Below, one piece after another: positions 22,403-25,417 of a stretch of 25,417 bases of DNA (position 1 is its first letter; each line of letters opens with the position of its first letter). Source of the DNA: a virus (taxonomy: Duplodnaviria > Heunggongvirae > Uroviricota > Caudoviricetes); the IMG/VR virus record IMGVR_UViG_3300025121_000033. One strand, written 5' to 3'. The notes under the pieces were generated by a model. It searched no databases. It saw only the letters and a program-made list of their open reading frames with translations, and was not told the origin of the DNA. Made by a program: the position numbers and the translations under genes.

Positions 22403-22971
22403 ACAGTTTTTTCCACAACGTAACTTGCTTCATAATCAGCCGTCTGCAGTAGCGTCACTAATTTATGTTTAGAAGCCGTTTGATACGCCATTCCGGACGG
22501 ATAATTAAAGTGTGTGCCGGGGTCGCACATACCCATGTGCCAACGAATCGCGAGGACTTCTTCATCAGTCAACTGCATAAATCTTTGCAGAATAAAAACT
22601 GATTTTTCGCCATGGCCGGTTGGGAAACTGTCTTCTACTTTCCAACCTTGTTTATTCTTCCAAGGACCCAGCCCGTCGTCTTTATACCAAACCTGCCCCT
22701 CTTTATAAAAATCTATTTTACAAACGTCATGGAGTAGCGCGCAAATTATTATTGACTGATCAGGCACGTCTAGTTTAAAACGTTTCACTTTTTCATCCAG
22801 TAACTCATACACGTTTAGGCTGTGTTCGGCGAGACCGCCGGTATAATTACAATGGTATTTGGTTGACGCCGGCGCTGTAAAAAAGTCCGACTCATTCAAA
22901 TACGCAATTACGTTTTCCATGCCGTGGCGGTTAACCGTCTCAAGCAAAGATAATATTTTAGCTTTAATCAT
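22399..22971 (-). CDS. HD-domain phosphohydrolase (YhaM-like HD subfamily)
   Basis: APASTKYH...GGLAEHSLNV, ALLHDVCKID, GHGEKSV, AIRWHMG and LLQTAD motifs. Confidence 0.9.
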   Translation of the reverse strand: MIKAKILSLLETVNRHGMENVIAYLNESDFFTAPASTKYHCNYTGGLAEHSLNVYELLDEKVKRFKLDVPDQSIIICALLHDVCKIDFYKEGQVWYKDDGLGPWKNKQGWKVEDSFPTGHGEKSVFILQRFMQLTDEEVLAIRWHMGMCDPGTHFNYPSGMAYQTASKHKLVTLLQTADYEASYVVEKTV

Positions 22972-24659
22972 ACCTTACTTTGAATTTTCGCGAACACCTT
23001 ATTAAATAACTCGCTCTCCAGAGAAACGCCGTTGTCGATTACTTGCGTAATGATTGCGTGCTTTTCTGTTAATATCTCATTCATCTGGCTATCTATCGTG
23101 TCGTTCGCGACCAACTGATAGATAGTGACAGATTTGGCCGTTTGGCCGGGACGGTGGACGCGGTCAGAAGCCTGAATATGATCAGCCGGTGTCCAACTGT
23201 AATCCAGAAACAAGACGCTTGAGGCGGCCGTGAGCGTAATCCCTACGCCCGCACTCTTAATCCCACCGAAAAATATCTTCTTGCTGGGGTCATTTTGGAA
23301 CTTTTCGATCATTATTCGGCGTAACTCTTCGTCTGTTTTGCCCGTCAGGAGGTACGAGGATGCCCCGTAGTGCTCGTTTAGCTTCTCCAGTGGCGCATTA
23401 TAGCAAGAGAAGACCAAAAGCTTCTCTCCGCCGTCAATTATTTCGTCTATTATCTCTTTAGCGTAATCCAGTTTAGCAAGAGTAGTGATTTCGCGCAACT
23501 CATTTAACTTAACAATTTTCTCCGCGGCCATGCTACTTTCAATTTGCGCTTCGCTTTTCTTTTTGTATTCACGAAGGTAATCTTCAAATGAGTCTAACGC
23601 TAAGTCGTATTTGAACCGTGTGTCGTTATCCAGATCGACAAAACGGTTAACATATTGCTTCTTTGGAAGCTCAGACAACACATCATCTTTAGTCCGGCGG
23701 ATAAAATAATGACTGATTTTCTGAGTCAGCTCAGGAATATTGGTCGCACCACGCGTATTCCAGCCCCACCTATCCATAAATCCTCCGCAATAGCGCTCAG
23801 TATAAGCGCGCCAGTCAGTCCAGTTATGTGGATCAACCAGTTGAAGCGAGGTGAACAGCTCAACAGGGCGTGAAAGCATCGGCGTACCAGAGAGTAAAAG
23901 TATTTTTGGAACTCTCTCCGCAATTTTCTTTACGTTCTTTGTGCGGATACTGGTAGGCGTCTTACAATAATGGCTCTCATCAAGAATCATCAGAGAGAAC
24001 TCAAGGCTAGACAGTATTTTAATAAATTTATTTAAGATATCATAGTTGATGACAACAACATCATTTTCTACAATCGCTTGAATAACTTCAGCGTCTTTAT
24101 TTTTACTACTTAACACCGCCGGCTTTAAATGAGTCCACTTCAGCACTTCGCTATGCCACGAATATTTTACAGATGCTGGACAAACTATTAATGTCTTTTT
24201 TATTTTCTCGTGAACCACATATCCTAACGCTTGTGCCGATTTACCACAGCCGGGAGAATCAGCGAGTAAAGCCCGACCATTGTTATTTACGAAGAACTCA
24301 ACCCCGATTTTCTGGTATTCGTACAATGGCAGTTTAAGGCCATCGATACGAATACCAGATTCTTTTTTTGTCTTAATCACCTGAGCCGACTGTGCGACAG
24401 CCTGCTCGTTTGCTTTTCTTTGTTTGTATTCTTCAACCAACACTTCAACTTCAGGTGTAAACTGCGTATCAGGGAATTCTTTCTTGATTAGAACAGCGAA
24501 TCCCAAATCATTAAAGCGCCATCTACCGGTATTGAACATAAAATTTCTCCACCCGTAAGTAGTTTTTAGCTTACGGCAGTACTCCAGTAGTCCGAATGAA
24601 AATGGGAACACAAAGGCGTAAGCGTGGTACTTGCTTTTCTCTTTAATAATTTGGAACAT
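22968..24659 (-). CDS. SNF2-family (SMARCAL1/HARP-like) helicase
   Basis: Motif I ADSPGCGKS, DESH, LLSGTP, FIRRTKDDVL, GVGITLTAA, WTPADHIQASDRVHRPGQ. Start moved to ATG 24659 (MFQIIKEK); the N-terminal F.F...W.F..GRWRF region is HARP-like. Confidence 0.92.
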   Translation of the reverse strand: MFQIIKEKSKYHAYAFVFPFSFGLLEYCRKLKTTYGWRNFMFNTGRWRFNDLGFAVLIKKEFPDTQFTPEVEVLVEEYKQRKANEQAVAQSAQVIKTKKESGIRIDGLKLPLYEYQKIGVEFFVNNNGRALLADSPGCGKSAQALGYVVHEKIKKTLIVCPASVKYSWHSEVLKWTHLKPAVLSSKNKDAEVIQAIVENDVVVINYDILNKFIKILSSLEFSLMILDESHYCKTPTSIRTKNVKKIAERVPKILLLSGTPMLSRPVELFTSLQLVDPHNWTDWRAYTERYCGGFMDRWGWNTRGATNIPELTQKISHYFIRRTKDDVLSELPKKQYVNRFVDLDNDTRFKYDLALDSFEDYLREYKKKSEAQIESSMAAEKIVKLNELREITTLAKLDYAKEIIDEIIDGGEKLLVFSCYNAPLEKLNEHYGASSYLLTGKTDEELRRIMIEKFQNDPSKKIFFGGIKSAGVGITLTAASSVLFLDYSWTPADHIQASDRVHRPGQTAKSVTIYQLVANDTIDSQMNEILTEKHAIITQVIDNGVSLESELFNKVFAKIQSKV

Positions 24660-24663
24660 GATT

Positions 24664-24909
24664 TTATTTTTTATTTTCGAGCTGGACTTTAATCTTCGGC
24701 AGTGACATGTGTTTTTTGCGCAGTTGCAAAATAGCATTCACTCTCGCGGTAGTTTCTGTCGGCTCATACAACTTGATTTTTTTCTTGCCGACCACCGCGG
24801 ACGATTTAATTAAGCCGAGCTGTTCATAATACACTAACTTTGATTTGTTTACCCCGACCGCCAACGCAATCTCACTCAACAAAACCAAATCTTTCTTTTT
24901 TTCTACCAT
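24664..24909 (-). CDS. MerR-type helix-turn-helix DNA-binding protein (no effector domain)
   Basis: LSEIALAVGVNKSKLVYYEQLGLIK...RKKHMSLPKIK; 81 aa. Confidence 0.8.
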   Translation of the reverse strand: MVEKKKDLVLLSEIALAVGVNKSKLVYYEQLGLIKSSAVVGKKKIKLYEPTETTARVNAILQLRKKHMSLPKIKVQLENKK

Positions 24910-24971
24910 AACTAATATAAATTAACTCACCCGACCGCGCCTCTCTCAAAAACGCGGCCGAGTTTTATTTC

Positions 24972-25355
24972 TTATGTTTGGGGAACAGAGTTAACTTCTA
25001 CCACTTTGACCAAGCGCCCTTCTCGGCGAGCGAACTCAGTGAATCTTTTTCCCATCGTTTCTGTATCACCGATACACAACGCTCGATAGCGCAAATATAA
25101 TGCGCCATGAGAATGGGCCGCGAGCGCGCGATGTCTCTTCACTAAAGAGAATGGTGTGCGAGCTAACGCTAATTCGATCAAGACATTAAATTCTTCTTCG
25201 GTCCAACCGCCGCGTCTCCCTTTTTTAGAAGCTGAAGCGGTATTTCCCGAATCTTCTTTACCCTCCGCTGTTTTGCCGAACAAAGCCGACACAACCAACT
25301 GTGATTCCTCCAAAGAGGAACATTCGAAAGTAACTCCGTCTTTTGTAATCTTCAT
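24972..25355 (-). CDS. Hypothetical protein, possible Myb/SANT-like helical segment
   Basis: RRGGWTEEEFNVLIELAL; TATATG start. Confidence 0.65.
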   Translation of the reverse strand: MKITKDGVTFECSSLEESQLVVSALFGKTAEGKEDSGNTASASKKGRRGGWTEEEFNVLIELALARTPFSLVKRHRALAAHSHGALYLRYRALCIGDTETMGKRFTEFARREGRLVKVVEVNSVPQT

Positions 25356-25417
25356 ATATGGATATAATTTTAAAATTTATTTTGAGATCGACCTTTAAAT
25401 AAATGATTTTCTAACAC

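Noticed and set aside
1-25417. Prophage boundary, integrase, att site or host genes
   Set aside because: No recombinase, transposase or clear host housekeeping gene in the window; lifestyle cannot be determined from this fragment.

Overview
A 25.4-kb fragment of a tailed dsDNA phage genome (podovirus-like head module), read in the standard genetic code; no integrase, rRNA, canonical tRNA or CRISPR array is visible. There are three blocks. (i) A minus-strand block (1-11944) carries an acidic protein, an HU-like protein, a 1015-aa probable virion/ejection protein, the probable terS, terL, portal, nine small mostly Lys-rich ORFs and the start of a probable scaffolding gene. (ii) A plus-strand accessory/early-type block (12427-20235) has many small ORFs, a DUF736-like protein, a DUF1281/YubB-like protein and a phiEco32-type amidoligase + class II glutamine amidotransferase + HExxH peptidase cassette. 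(iii) A converging minus-strand DNA-metabolism block (21158-25355) has a MerR-like HTH, SNF2 helicase, HD hydrolase and DUF1599-like protein. The most unusual signals are non-coding: a ~385-nt densely structured RNA-like region with a T-loop hairpin and pseudoknot/switch potential (13141-13525), a closed 154-nt multi-stem element next to the HU gene (11310-11463), an identical 12-mer inside the spacer of three sigma70-like promoters, a second 13-nt motif repeated three times at the start of the plus block, and a terminator-bounded 700-bp repeat/palindrome island (20290-20980). Genes lack Shine-Dalgarno motifs and mostly start in a W-A-T-ATG context, suggesting (inference) a CPR/Patescibacteria- or Bacteroidota-like host. 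All RNA helices and motif matches were found by eye; no database or folding software was run.
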